From NCBI GenBank assembly GCA_965279375.1, contig OZ257156.1, positions 4,192,001 through 4,256,000 on the forward strand: 64,000 bases of DNA. Direction: 5' to 3'. Source of the DNA: Gemmatimonas sp. (GTDB lineage Bacteria; Gemmatimonadota; Gemmatimonadetes; Gemmatimonadales; Gemmatimonadaceae). The notes beneath the pieces are model-generated. The model searched no databases and was not told the origin of the DNA. It saw only the letters and a program-made list of their open reading frames with translations. Positions within the stretch are counted from its first letter, which is position 1; the number at the start of each line of letters is the position of its first letter. Of the stretch, positions 28,559-38,704 are shown piece by piece. The translations under genes and the position numbers were made by a program.

Positions 28559-29755
28559 CTACTTCTTGGCGTCGCCGTTTGGCGTCTTCTCCTTCTTGGA
28601 CGCGACGACGCGCACGGACGCCCCATCGAACACGGCGTCTCCCGGATTGACCACGAGCTGATCGCCCGACGAGAGTCCGGTTAGCGCTTCGATCTGCGTG
28701 CCGAAGTCGCGGCCGAGCGTAATCGCCGTCATGTGCACCTTGCCATCGCGCACGACTGCCACCTGCGGGCCGTCTGCGCGAATGACCAGCGTATTGGCCG
28801 GGATGACCAGCGAGGGCTTCGTGCGCGGCGTCGTGATCTTCACCTGCGCGTACATCCCCGGCATCAGCTGTCCCGACGAGTTGACCACCAGTATCGACGT
28901 GAGCAGCGTGCGCGTTGCCGGATCGATCGCCTGCGCGGTGCGCGAAACGCGACCATGAAACGCCTTGCTCCCGAGCTCCTGGACGAACACGTCCACCTCC
29001 TGCCCAACGCGAATGCCCGGCGCGGCATCCTGTGGCACGTTCGTCAGCACGCGCAGCGTATCCACCTGCGAAATCGTGAACAGCGGACGCGCACCCGTGG
29101 CGACGTTTGGTGACACGAGTACGCCGACATCGATTCCGCGTTGCGTGACCACGCCGGCGAACGGTGCGACGATGTTCGCGAATCCCTTGAGTGCGACAAG
29201 TCGATCGACGCTCGCTTGCGACGCGTTCACGTTGGCGCGCGACACATTGAACGCCGCCTGCTTCTCGTCGAATTCCTGCTTGGTGGCCACGCCTGCGTCG
29301 GCCATGCTGCGCCAGCGATCGAGTGTAGTGCGCGTCAGCTCGCTGGTCGCCTGCACCTGCGCCAGCGTGGCTCGCGCGACGCTCAGTTCCTGATCGAGCT
29401 CCGGCGTCTCAATACGCGCCAGCGACTGTCCCGCCGACACGCGCATGCCGATGTCCGCCGTGAACTTGGCGACATATCCGTTCGACCGGGCGTAGATGCC
29501 AGCTTCGTGCAGGCCGAGCAGCGTCGCGGGTAGCGTCAGCTCGACGTTCGACTTCCCTTCAGCAACCGGAATCACAGTCACCGTTGGCGTGGCCGTGGCC
29601 GCATTGGACTCGGCGACGACACGACGCCCGCGCGCGAGCCGCGGAATGATGCCAGCGGCCGCCAGTCCGCCAAACAGCAGGACGGCGCCGATGACGAGAC
29701 CTCGGGAGCCGCGGGACGGCGTGTCGTGCACGACGTTCTTGATCGGAGTAGTCAT
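28559..29755 (-). CDS. RND efflux periplasmic adaptor (MFP)
   Basis: IYARSNGYV, IVAPFAGVVTQR, IDPATRTL, LMPGMYA. Confidence 0.92.
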   Translation of the reverse strand: MTTPIKNVVHDTPSRGSRGLVIGAVLLFGGLAAAGIIPRLARGRRVVAESNAATATPTVTVIPVAEGKSNVELTLPATLLGLHEAGIYARSNGYVAKFTADIGMRVSAGQSLARIETPELDQELSVARATLAQVQATSELTRTTLDRWRSMADAGVATKQEFDEKQAAFNVSRANVNASQASVDRLVALKGFANIVAPFAGVVTQRGIDVGVLVSPNVATGARPLFTISQVDTLRVLTNVPQDAAPGIRVGQEVDVFVQELGSKAFHGRVSRTAQAIDPATRTLLTSILVVNSSGQLMPGMYAQVKITTPRTKPSLVIPANTLVIRADGPQVAVVRDGKVHMTAITLGRDFGTQIEALTGLSSGDQLVVNPGDAVFDGASVRVVASKKEKTPNGDAKK

Positions 29756-32700
29756 GCGGCGAGTCCAGGAGTCTGGGCTGTATGCGTCGATGCGTCAGGC
29801 TGCGAAGAAGCGCGAAGCGCTGCGTACACCAAGGGAACGATGAACAGCGTCGTGACCGTCGCCACGGCGAGACCGCCGATGACCACCCGACCGAGCGGTG
29901 CATTCTGCTCACCGCCTTCGCCGAGTCCGAAGGCCATCGGGAGCATGCCGACGATCATCGCGAAAGCCGTCATGATTACAGGACGTAGCCGAGTGAAGCC
30001 CGCCTCGAGCGCAGCGTCATGCGCCGTGGCGCCCGCGCGACGCCGTTCGTTTGCAAAGGAGACGATGAGGATGCTGTTGGCGGTCGCGACGCCGATGCTC
30101 ATGATCGCGCCCATCAGCGACGGGACGCTCAGTGTGGTCTGCGTCGAGAACAGCGCCCACACGATGCCGGCCAAGGCACCGGGCAGCGCGGTGATGATGA
30201 TCAGCGGATCGAGCCACGACTGGAAGTTCACGACCATCAGCAAGTAGACGAGCAGCACAGCGAACGCGAGTCCAAGTCCCAGGCCCGAAAACGAACTCCG
30301 CATGCTGGCCACCTGTCCGCGCATGCTGATCGTGGTGCCGCGCGGGAGGTCGCCGCTCACCTCAGCGATGATCTTATCCACGTCGCGCGCGACAGCACCA
30401 AGATCACGGTCCTGCACGTTGGCGTACACGTCGTACACCGGTTGCACGTCACGATGACTGATCACGCCGGCGCCGAAGCGACGCGACACGCGCGCCATGT
30501 TCTCGATCAGTTGCGGTGTGCCCGTGCCACCCGCCGCCGGAATGACTGGCGTGCTCACGACGGACTCCAGAGTGCCGAGTCGATACTGTGGTGTCTGCAC
30601 ATTAACGGCGTACTGCACGCCGTTCTGCGGATTGAGCCAGAAGTTGGGAGACGTCTGCCCGCTGCTCGCCAGCGACACCAGCAGGTTGTTGGCCACTTCG
30701 CGCTGTGTCAGCCCAAGCCCCGACGCTCGGTCGCGATCGACCGTCAGATAGAGTTCCGGCGCGTTCGTGACCTGATGCACGTACACATCGACAGCGCCCG
30801 GCACACGCTTCATGCGCGTCGCGAGCTGCTTGGCGATCTCGTAGTTCTTCGCGCGATTCGATCCGGCCACCTGCACATTGATCGGGGCGGGGAGACCGAA
30901 GTTCAGAATCTGGCCGACGATGTCTGCCGCTTGAAAGAAGATGGTGACATCGGGAAAGTCGTCGCGCAGACGACGCCGCAATTCGCGGCGATAGTCCGCC
31001 ACCGAGCCGGTGTGGTGTTCCGACAGGGCGATGAGAATGTCGCCATCGGTGTTGCCGATCGTGGGATTGTCGCTGAGCGCCAGATTTGTCGCACCCGATG
31101 TCGCCAACCCGATGTTATCGAGAATCATCGCCAGCTCGCTCGGCGGGATGACCTCGCGAATGCGTGCCTCGACAGCCGCGACGATCTTTTCCGTTTCTTC
31201 CACGCGCGTGCCCGTCGGCGCACGCAGGTGCAGTCGAATCTGCCCGGCGTCGACCGCCGGAAAGAAGTCCTCGCCCAAAAACGGAATCAGCGCACACGAC
31301 GCCAGCACGCCGACGGTGAACCACGTCAGCACGGTCGCGCGTCGCGCAAGCGCTCGCTCCAGCATGCGCTGGTAGCCGGCGCGAGCGCGCTCGAACGCCG
31401 CATCGAACCTGAGATGCACGCGCTCGATCGGACCGGGCGCGCCATGGTGGCGCTCCTCGTACTCGAGGGCGTAACGCACCAGCGTGGGCACCAACGTCCG
31501 CGAGATCACATACGACGCGAGCATCGCGAACACGACCGCCATCGCCAGCGGCGCGAAGAGCGATCCCGCCGCGCCGCCCAGGAAGAACACCGGCACGAAC
31601 ACGATGCAGATGGCCAGCGTGGACACAAGCGTCGGGATGGCGATCTGCTGCGCACCGTCGAGAATGGCCTGCTCAATGCCGGTGCCGTCCTGCATGCGAC
31701 GGTGAATGTTCTCGATACCCACCGTCGCATCGTCGACGAGCACGCCGACGGCCAGCGCCAAGCCGCCCAGCGTCATCACGTTGAGGCTTTGCTTGAGCGC
31801 GCTCAGGATGATGATCGAGCTGAGAATCGAGAGCGGAATGGAGAGCGCGACGATCAAGGTGGAGCGCCAGCTGCCCAGGAAAATCAGGATCATGGCGGCG
31901 GTGAGACACGCGGCCAGCAGCGCCTCTCGCACGACACCGTTCAGTGCGCCCTTCACGAACAGCGATTGGTCGGCGAGCAGGTCGACCTTGAGCTCGGGCG
32001 ACAGGTTGGCCAGGATGTTCGGCAGCGCTGCGCGCACGCGCTCGACCACGTCCACGGTGGAGGCACTGCCCGCTTTGAGCACAGTGATCAGCGCGCCTCG
32101 CTTCCCGTCACGGCGCACGATGTTGGTCTGCACCAAGTAGCCATCCCGCACCTGGGCCACGTCGCGCAGCCTGACGACGGCGCCATTGACCGTCTTGAGC
32201 GGCAAGTCGTTGAGCGCCTCCGAGGCGTCCGGGCTGCCGTTCAGGCGCACCGAATACTCGCGGTCGCCCAGTTTGGCGGTGCCCGAGGGCAGAATCAGGT
32301 TCTGCGCATTCACTGCGTTGCTGACATCGCTCGGCGAAATACCGCGCGCGATGAGTTGCTGCGGATCGAGGTCCACGTTGATGACGCGCGTCTTGCCGCC
32401 GTACGGCTGCGGCACGCTGGCGCCTCGTACCGAGGCCAGTCGCGTGCGGATGCCGTTGGAGCCTAAGTCCGTCAGCTCCTGTTCGGAGAGCGTGTTGCTG
32501 CTCAGCGCGAGCTGCAGAACCGGCACGTTCGACGCATTGAAACGCAGAATGAACGGCGGTGACGCACCGGGCGGCGAAATGCGGAGAATGCTTTGCGAGA
32601 CCGCCGAGAGTTGCGCGACCGCCGACTCGATGCGTGCGCCCGGCTGGAAGAAGATCTTGATGATGCTGACGCCGCTGAGCGTCTGCGACTCGATGTGTTC

Positions 32701-32934
32701 GACGTCGTTCACCGTAGTGGTGACGGCGCGCTCGTACGCCGTCACGATGCGGCGTTCCATCTCTTCGGGTGGCAGTCCGTTGTACTGCCAGATCACGGAG
32801 ATGACGGGGATGTCGATCTCGGGGAAGATGTCGGTCGGGGTACGCACGATGGCGAGCACGCCGAAAATCACGACCAACAGGGCGCCGACGATGAACGTGT
32901 ACGGGCGCCGCAGAGCGAGCTGAACGATCCACAT
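29752..32934 (-). CDS. RND efflux permease (AcrB/CzcA superfamily)
   Basis: MWIVQLALRRP start, DIFPEIDIPV, GVLVDDATVGIENI, RLRPVIMT, PLGRVVIGGL. Confidence 0.95.
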   Translation of the reverse strand: MWIVQLALRRPYTFIVGALLVVIFGVLAIVRTPTDIFPEIDIPVISVIWQYNGLPPEEMERRIVTAYERAVTTTVNDVEHIESQTLSGVSIIKIFFQPGARIESAVAQLSAVSQSILRISPPGASPPFILRFNASNVPVLQLALSSNTLSEQELTDLGSNGIRTRLASVRGASVPQPYGGKTRVINVDLDPQQLIARGISPSDVSNAVNAQNLILPSGTAKLGDREYSVRLNGSPDASEALNDLPLKTVNGAVVRLRDVAQVRDGYLVQTNIVRRDGKRGALITVLKAGSASTVDVVERVRAALPNILANLSPELKVDLLADQSLFVKGALNGVVREALLAACLTAAMILIFLGSWRSTLIVALSIPLSILSSIIILSALKQSLNVMTLGGLALAVGVLVDDATVGIENIHRRMQDGTGIEQAILDGAQQIAIPTLVSTLAICIVFVPVFFLGGAAGSLFAPLAMAVVFAMLASYVISRTLVPTLVRYALEYEERHHGAPGPIERVHLRFDAAFERARAGYQRMLERALARRATVLTWFTVGVLASCALIPFLGEDFFPAVDAGQIRLHLRAPTGTRVEETEKIVAAVEARIREVIPPSELAMILDNIGLATSGATNLALSDNPTIGNTDGDILIALSEHHTGSVADYRRELRRRLRDDFPDVTIFFQAADIVGQILNFGLPAPINVQVAGSNRAKNYEIAKQLATRMKRVPGAVDVYVHQVTNAPELYLTVDRDRASGLGLTQREVANNLLVSLASSGQTSPNFWLNPQNGVQYAVNVQTPQYRLGTLESVVSTPVIPAAGGTGTPQLIENMARVSRRFGAGVISHRDVQPVYDVYANVQDRDLGAVARDVDKIIAEVSGDLPRGTTISMRGQVASMRSSFSGLGLGLAFAVLLVYLLMVVNFQSWLDPLIIITALPGALAGIVWALFSTQTTLSVPSLMGAIMSIGVATANSILIVSFANERRRAGATAHDAALEAGFTRLRPVIMTAFAMIVGMLPMAFGLGEGGEQNAPLGRVVIGGLAVATVTTLFIVPLVYAALRASSQPDASTHTAQTPGLAA

Positions 32935-33092
32935 CTTACGAGCGCCGGCGGCGGCGAGGTGCCGAGACGTGCCGTGCGCGCTGCCGAGAAGTGATCCTGC
33001 CGCGGGCGGCGAAAGCTCGTGTGTGCTGCATGTCCTAGACTGAGGCGAAGGCCGAAGAAGGGCAAGCGCGCCAGTGTCGCCCGCTGTGTGAA

Positions 33093-33746
33093 CTACGTCG
33101 CGGAGCCCGGGTTCGTTGGGCGTTCGCGCGAGGGGTGACGCGCAGCCGCGCGCACGGCGCGGGAGGCACGCCAACGCAGGGCGATTTCGTCACGGGCGCC
33201 CTGCACCCACCAGACCAGCCCGGGAATCCGAAGCACTCGTTGTACGTCGGCCACCGGCCGCTGCCCGGACAGGAGCGCTCGACAGCGCTCGAGGACGTCG
33301 GGAACGCGCGCCGTGGCGTAGCTGTCGTCGATGCTCACGAAACGCACCGCGCGCGACGCGTCGATCAAGAGCGTGGCGGGATGCGCCGTCCGCATTCGGT
33401 GCGCGTTGACCAGATCCCAATCCGAGAGGAGAGCGCGGTCGGGGTCACACAGGACGGGGAATGGCAGCTCGAGCGACGCCCGCATGCGCGACGCGACCTC
33501 TGGCGTATCGGTGGAGAAGGCGGCGAGTTGCACTCCCAGCGCCTGAAAGCGCGCAGCGTTGTCGCGATAGTCAGCGAGTCGCTTGAGGCAGAACGCGCTC
33601 CAGCTGCCGCGATAGACAATCAGGAGCAGCATGCCGCCGTGGGCATAGTGACACAGCGGAGCCGACGCCCCGTCGCAGTCCATCACGTGGACGTCGCTCA
33701 GGACGCCGCCAGGCTTGGGGTGCGCGGACGTGCGTGTGTCGGGCAT
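33093..33746 (-). CDS. peroxiredoxin-like AhpC/TSA family protein (SxxC variant)
   Basis: [36 protein letters not shown]. Confidence 0.7.
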   Translation of the reverse strand: MPDTRTSAHPKPGGVLSDVHVMDCDGASAPLCHYAHGGMLLLIVYRGSWSAFCLKRLADYRDNAARFQALGVQLAAFSTDTPEVASRMRASLELPFPVLCDPDRALLSDWDLVNAHRMRTAHPATLLIDASRAVRFVSIDDSYATARVPDVLERCRALLSGQRPVADVQRVLRIPGLVWWVQGARDEIALRWRASRAVRAAARHPSRERPTNPGSAT

Positions 33747-33924
33747 GCGGCGGCAGAAGCAAGTTGGGCGGCGACGGTCTCTCGTCAGAAACGACCGCTG
33801 CGGGGATCGCGCAACGCCCAGCCTCGCGCGGCGTAGCGGCGCCTGGCACCGCATCGTCGCGCGCTGCCCTTGGCCACCGGCACCGGGGCGTCCGATGGCC
33901 CGTCGATTGCACCAATGCATCCGC

Positions 33925-35289
33925 ATGAATCCGAATGCGTCCCCCTCAGCCTATCCCCACACGCGCATCGCTCGTGCTGGCCGGATCGTCGCGGTATTCC
34001 TAGCGCTGCTGGCCCCGAGCGCCTGCGGAGAGATGGCGCGACTACCCGTGAGCGCCGGGTACGGCGCCCAGCCCACACTGCCGTCAACCGACCGTTCGCT
34101 GATCCCAACGACGCGTGTGGCGCGTGCGGTCGGGTGGCCGGCAGGCGTGACCCCGATCGGTGCCGCCGGCACATCAGTGCAAGCTTTCGCGCGAGAGTTG
34201 CAGCATCCGCGCTACCTGTATTCGCTCCCCAATGGAGACGTGCTCGTTGCGGAAACGAACGCCCCACCCCGTCCGGACGATGGACGCGGGATCAAGGGGT
34301 GGTTCTTTCGCTATTTCCAGCGAAGGGGCGGCGGCGCGGTCGCCAGCGCTGACCGCCTCATTCTGTTGCGCGACACCGATGGCGATGGCGTGGCCGACGT
34401 GCGCACGGTGTTCCTCGCAGGACTCCATTCTCCGTTCGGTATCACGCTCGTTGGTCACGATCTCTACGTGGCGAACACCGATGCCCTGATGCGCTACGAC
34501 TACGTAGACGGCGCGCGCGAGATCACCTCAGCCGGCGCGATGCTGGTCGCCCTGCCCGCCGGCACGATAAACCATCACTGGACCAAGACGGTCGCCGCAT
34601 CGCCCGACGGCGCGACGCTCTACGTCAGCATCGGCTCGAACAGCAATGCGGCCGAACGGGGACTGGAGCAGGAGAAGGACCGCGCGATGATCTGGGCGGT
34701 GGATCGCGCGACCGGCGCGCATCGCGTCTATGCCACTGGTCTGCGCAACGCCGCGGGGCTCGCCATCGAACCGACCACCGGTGCGCTCTGGGCCGCCGTC
34801 AACGAGCGCGATGAGCTGGGGAGCGATCTGGTGCCGGATTTCATGACGGCCGTACGCGAGGGCGCGTTTTACGGCTGGCCGTATAGCTACTTCGGGCAGC
34901 ACGTCGACGCGCGCGTGTCCCCGACGCGACCGGATCTCGTGGCCAGCGCGGTCGTGCCCGACTATGCGCTCGGCGCGCACACGGCGTCCATCGGGCTGCT
35001 CTTCTCGCGCGGCACGACTGTGCCCGGGATCGGCGAGGGTGTGTTCGTCGGGCAGCACGGATCGTGGAATCGCAATCCGCGGAGCGGCTACAAGGTGATC
35101 TTCGTGCCGTTCACCCAAGGGCGCCCCAGCGGACCGCCACAGGACGTGCTGACGGGCTTCCTGACCAGCGACAAGACGGCGATGGGCCGTCCGGTCGGTC
35201 TGGCGCTCGATACGCATGGCGCGTTGCTCGTCGCGGACGACGTCGGCAATACCATCTGGCGTGTTGCACGAGCACCCGCGCGTCCGTAG
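33925..35289 (+). CDS. sorbosone dehydrogenase family PQQ-dependent sugar dehydrogenase (lipoprotein)
   Basis: [67 protein letters not shown]. Confidence 0.92.
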   Translation: MNPNASPSAYPHTRIARAGRIVAVFLALLAPSACGEMARLPVSAGYGAQPTLPSTDRSLIPTTRVARAVGWPAGVTPIGAAGTSVQAFARELQHPRYLYSLPNGDVLVAETNAPPRPDDGRGIKGWFFRYFQRRGGGAVASADRLILLRDTDGDGVADVRTVFLAGLHSPFGITLVGHDLYVANTDALMRYDYVDGAREITSAGAMLVALPAGTINHHWTKTVAASPDGATLYVSIGSNSNAAERGLEQEKDRAMIWAVDRATGAHRVYATGLRNAAGLAIEPTTGALWAAVNERDELGSDLVPDFMTAVREGAFYGWPYSYFGQHVDARVSPTRPDLVASAVVPDYALGAHTASIGLLFSRGTTVPGIGEGVFVGQHGSWNRNPRSGYKVIFVPFTQGRPSGPPQDVLTGFLTSDKTAMGRPVGLALDTHGALLVADDVGNTIWRVARAPARP

Positions 35290-35358
35290 CAACGAGCCCT
35301 GACCCATTGGAGCGCCGAGCGGAGCGTCTTTCTGCGGTGCTCCGGCCTCAACCCATCA

Positions 35359-35751
35359 TCACTCCGTCGTCACACCGTCGAAATGCTCCGAGTCAGCCTC
35401 GGCGTCGGCGCGCGTGTGATGGCGGACCCCGTCGCGATGGTTGGGCGGTGAGTACAGAGTGTAGAGCTTGAGATCGACCGTGCCGGTGTTGATGATGTTG
35501 TGCGTGGTACCGGCGGGAACGATGATCGCAAAGCCATCCGTCACGTCAGTCGACACGCCATCAAGAACGGCGGCGCCACTCCCCGACTCCACGCGAAAGA
35601 ACTGGTCCAGCGTGTGCACTTCGGAGCCAATTTCGCCGTGTGGCGGAATGGACATCACGACGAGTTGCGAGTGCTTGGCGGTGTAGAGCACCTGGCGAAA
35701 ATCGGGATTCGCCTCGGTGATGGCGCTGATGTCCTTGATGTATCCGTGCAT
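35359..35751 (-). CDS. cupin domain protein
   Basis: FRQVLYT, QLVVMSI, EVH..DQFF, VPAGTTHNIINTG, LYTLYSPPNH. Confidence 0.9.
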   Translation of the reverse strand: MHGYIKDISAITEANPDFRQVLYTAKHSQLVVMSIPPHGEIGSEVHTLDQFFRVESGSGAAVLDGVSTDVTDGFAIIVPAGTTHNIINTGTVDLKLYTLYSPPNHRDGVRHHTRADAEADSEHFDGVTTE

Positions 35752-35883
35752 TGCCTTGCTCCGTGCGAGTGAAGCGTCGCAGCTCGTGCGACCGCCCAAC
35801 GCAAACAAGGGATTGCCATCGGCCCGCGCCAATGAGGTCGGTGCAATGCGGCCCGGGCAAACCGGCACAGAGTAGGCCCCAAC

Positions 35884-35916
35884 GCAAAACGGGGACCCCG
35901 CTCGGTCCCCGTTTGC
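35884..35916 (-). terminator. intrinsic terminator downstream of tRNA-Pro
   Basis: GCAAAACGGGGACC-ccgctc-GGTCCCCGTTTGC, with a T-run on the minus strand. Confidence 0.75.
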
Positions 35917-35958
35917 ACGAACTGCATCGATTGTCCGCGATCTGATGATCGCATTCCA

Positions 35959-36032
35959 TCGGGACGACAGGATTTGAACCTGCGACCCCTTCCACCCCAA
36001 GGAAGTGCGCTACCGGGCTGCGCCACGTCCCG
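35959..36032 (-). tRNA. tRNA-Pro(GGG), CCA not encoded
   Basis: CGGGACGTGGCGCAGCCCGGTAGCGCACTTCCTTGGGGTGGAAGGGGTCGCAGGTTCAAATCCTGTCGTCCCGA forms a cloverleaf with anticodon GGG and a GTTCAAATC T-loop. Confidence 0.97.
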
Positions 36033-36084
36033 TCGCCAGCCAACCTCGCCAACGGCAGACGAGCAACATATCCGCCTCCTCGCC

Positions 36085-36915
36085 CTACCGAAACCCCTTC
36101 GCCGCCTCTTTGACGGCCGGGTCGATCAGCGGATACTCCGACCGCGCCTCCTCCATCGTCTCCACGAGCATGCGCGCAATCAGAAAATTCCGCACCGCCT
36201 TGTCATCCGAGGGCACCACGTACCACGGCGCCCACGGGGTGCTGCACTGGGTCAGCGCTTCGCGATACGCGTCGGTGTACGCGTCCCAGCGAGCGCGATC
36301 TGCCAGATCGTCCACGCGAAACTTCCAGTTCTTCTTGGGATCGTCAAAGCGCTCCGTGAGCCGCTCCAACTGCTCGTCGCGCGACACGTGCAGCATGCAC
36401 TTGCGCACGATTACGCCGCTCTCGTGCAACAGCTTCTCAAAGGCGTTGATCTGATCGTATCGCGCGCGCCAGACCGACTCCGGCGCCAGCTCGCGCACGC
36501 GCACCGCCAGTACATCCTCGTAGTGCGAGCGATTGAACACGCCGATCATGCCGCGCGCCGGCACCACTTGATGCACGCGCCAGAGGAAGTCGTGCTTGAG
36601 TTCGAGCGAGGTGGGCGGACCGAACGCCGCCACACTGACGCCGGTCGGGTTGAACGCGCCATACACAGTGCGAATAACGCCGTCCTTCCCCGACGCATCC
36701 CTTCCCTGCAGCACGAGCAACAGCGCCTTTCGCCCGTCAGCGTGGAAGGCGTCCTGCAACGCTTCCAAGCGCGTCAGCAGTGCGGCCGTCGCTTCGAGCA
36801 GTACCTCGCGGCTCGGCGCATTCTCCACCCGGGCGCTGCCTGTGCCGAGTTTGATCTTCTTGTCCGGATCGACCGGCTCGAGTCGCAGATGTTCGACCGC
36901 CGCATTGATGGTCAC
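36085..36915 (-). CDS. ppk2: polyphosphate kinase 2 family protein
   Basis: LQGRDASGKDG Walker A, HDFLWR, FNRSHYEDV, KNWKF, APWYVVPSDDK. Confidence 0.93.
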   Translation of the reverse strand: MTINAAVEHLRLEPVDPDKKIKLGTGSARVENAPSREVLLEATAALLTRLEALQDAFHADGRKALLLVLQGRDASGKDGVIRTVYGAFNPTGVSVAAFGPPTSLELKHDFLWRVHQVVPARGMIGVFNRSHYEDVLAVRVRELAPESVWRARYDQINAFEKLLHESGVIVRKCMLHVSRDEQLERLTERFDDPKKNWKFRVDDLADRARWDAYTDAYREALTQCSTPWAPWYVVPSDDKAVRNFLIARMLVETMEEARSEYPLIDPAVKEAAKGFR

Positions 36916-37367
36916 GGCGTCGCCGCCATCGTCGCACCGCGGCCGCTCAGCTCCTGGATCGGGATCTGAAAAATGAGATCGCGGTCAGGCGTCGGGTCAT
37001 CCGCTGTGAAGGCATCCGGAACGAGAGCACGAAACGCCGACACCGCGCGCGCATACGCATCGCGCTCGCCGGGATTCCCTTCGGGATCGGGGAATTCGAT
37101 GCGACCATGCACGACCACGCTCTGCCACTCGAACAGCGCGCGAACGTCGTCCACCTCGAAGGCAACCCACGGATGATGCGCCACGATGTTCACCTTGGTA
37201 CCCAACTGCGTGCGACCCACGATCCGCCCATTGTGCAGCACGTAGTGAATCGGCTCGATGTCCACGCGGTCGCGAAAGGTGAACGCCAGCCTTCCCACCG
37301 ATTGGCTCCCAAGCAGACGCATGCTGTCCGCTTCGGTCAGTACTCGAAAAGCAGGTCGACGACTCAC
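36912..37367 (-). CDS. pyridoxamine 5'-phosphate oxidase-like flavin-binding protein
   Basis: VGRLAF, PIHYV, GTKV, VAFEVD, WQSVVVHG. Confidence 0.85.
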   Translation of the reverse strand: MSRRPAFRVLTEADSMRLLGSQSVGRLAFTFRDRVDIEPIHYVLHNGRIVGRTQLGTKVNIVAHHPWVAFEVDDVRALFEWQSVVVHGRIEFPDPEGNPGERDAYARAVSAFRALVPDAFTADDPTPDRDLIFQIPIQELSGRGATMAATP

Positions 37368-38281
37368 GTTGTCCTCACCGGTTCATACGGTTCCATGTGA
37401 ATCAGCACCCCGATCGCCGCCGGGACGCGCTCGCGTATGGCGGATTTCACGCACCCCGAAAGAATGTGCGCATCGTGGAGCGAAAGCGCAGGATCGGCCT
37501 GCACGTGAATGTCCACGTACAGCCCGGTCCCGGAACGACGCACCTTGAGCTTCTCGATCGCGAGCACACCCGCGGTGCCAAGTGCGGCATTGCCCACGGT
37601 CGCGAGCAGCGCTGGCTCCGGCGCTCGATCCATCAGGTCGGCGAGCGTTGAGCGCATCAGCATCGAGCCGTTGACCAGGATCACACCGGCCGCGACCAAC
37701 GCCGCCCAATCATCGGCAGGCTCCCACCCGGGCCCGCCTAGTAGCGCCACCGAGATGCCGATGAAGGCCGCCGCCGACGTTATGGCGTCGGCCCGATGAT
37801 GCCAGGCGTCCGCCTTCACCACGACGCTGCCGGTCGCGTCGCCCACGCTCAGCACCCGCTTGGCCAGCACTTCCTTGACCACAATGACCGCTGCCAGCAC
37901 GGCCAAGGTGAACGGCGCGGGCGCATGATGTGGCGTACGGATCTCCTCGATCGCCTTGATCGCGATCCCCACCGCCGCTCCGAGCATCAGCGCCGATACC
38001 GTCGCTGCGGCGATGGGCTCCGCGCGGCCGTAGCCAAAGGGATAGCGCTCGTCGGGATCGCGACTCGCAATGCGAAGTCCGCTCCAGACGACCAGCGATC
38101 CGATCATGTCCGTGGCGCTTTCGATCGCATCGGCGACCAGCGCATACGAGTTTCCCACAAGGCCGGCGACGAGCTTCAGCGCCGCCAGGATGGCGTTGAT
38201 GACCAGTCCGACTTGCGCGAGGCGTTGCCCCGAGTGGCCGTTGAGCGGCCCCGGCTCGCTCACGCGCGCTCGCGCCGCCAT
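37364..38281 (-). CDS. cation diffusion facilitator (FieF-like) transporter
   Basis: SYALVADAIESATD, YPFGYGRAE, ADAWHHRADAITS, VLIHMEP. Start is uncertain (38263-38338). Confidence 0.9.
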   Translation of the reverse strand: MAARARVSEPGPLNGHSGQRLAQVGLVINAILAALKLVAGLVGNSYALVADAIESATDMIGSLVVWSGLRIASRDPDERYPFGYGRAEPIAAATVSALMLGAAVGIAIKAIEEIRTPHHAPAPFTLAVLAAVIVVKEVLAKRVLSVGDATGSVVVKADAWHHRADAITSAAAFIGISVALLGGPGWEPADDWAALVAAGVILVNGSMLMRSTLADLMDRAPEPALLATVGNAALGTAGVLAIEKLKVRRSGTGLYVDIHVQADPALSLHDAHILSGCVKSAIRERVPAAIGVLIHMEPYEPVRTT

Positions 38282-38704
38282 CGCGTGGCCGAGAACTTGC
38301 CATTGATTCGTGATACGCCCGACGTTTGGCCCCTCCATTCGGAGAACCCGTTCTTCGGCGCAGCCCGGAAGTTGCGGTTCCGGGGAGCCGCGACATCGGC
38401 GTCGGACGAAGCGTGCCGTCCGACGAGGGCCATGCGTCTATGCAAGGATGCGTGCATGCAGCTGGGCTCGGGGGCCATCCACACCGCACAAAAGCAGCGT
38501 CGGTGCTCTCCGCATCCTAGTGTGGTTCGGCAGTTGAAGTAAGCGGATTAAAACTGTGATCCCATCAGCGGTTGCCCTGACGAACACTTGGCATAACTTA
38601 TTCAGTTGAACGGACGGCCCTTGGGGCTGCCGTCACAAACTGACGAGTGTTCGACTTCTACGGCTCCGCGTCCGTTCATCGATGTTTACCTATTCGGGAG
38701 GTTT

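Noticed and set aside
30019..32466. 815-aa ORF on the + strand (also 7156-8853, 22015-23703, 51146-52837, 54605-56005, 55483-57117, 62211-63722)
   Set aside because: These are antisense or alternative-frame shadows of well-supported genes, expected in high-GC DNA, with no recognisable motifs
33580..33620. Selenocysteine recoding in the AhpC-like gene
   Set aside because: The codon at the first redox position is AGC (Ser), not TGA
28559..36032. Possible genomic island integrated at tRNA-Pro (accessory-looking genes downstream of its 3' end)
   Set aside because: No integrase, no duplicated tRNA 3' end that I could find, and no obvious composition shift
38555..38570. CRP/FNR-like TGTGA half-site upstream of ompA
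   Set aside because: The second half-site is poor and mis-spaced
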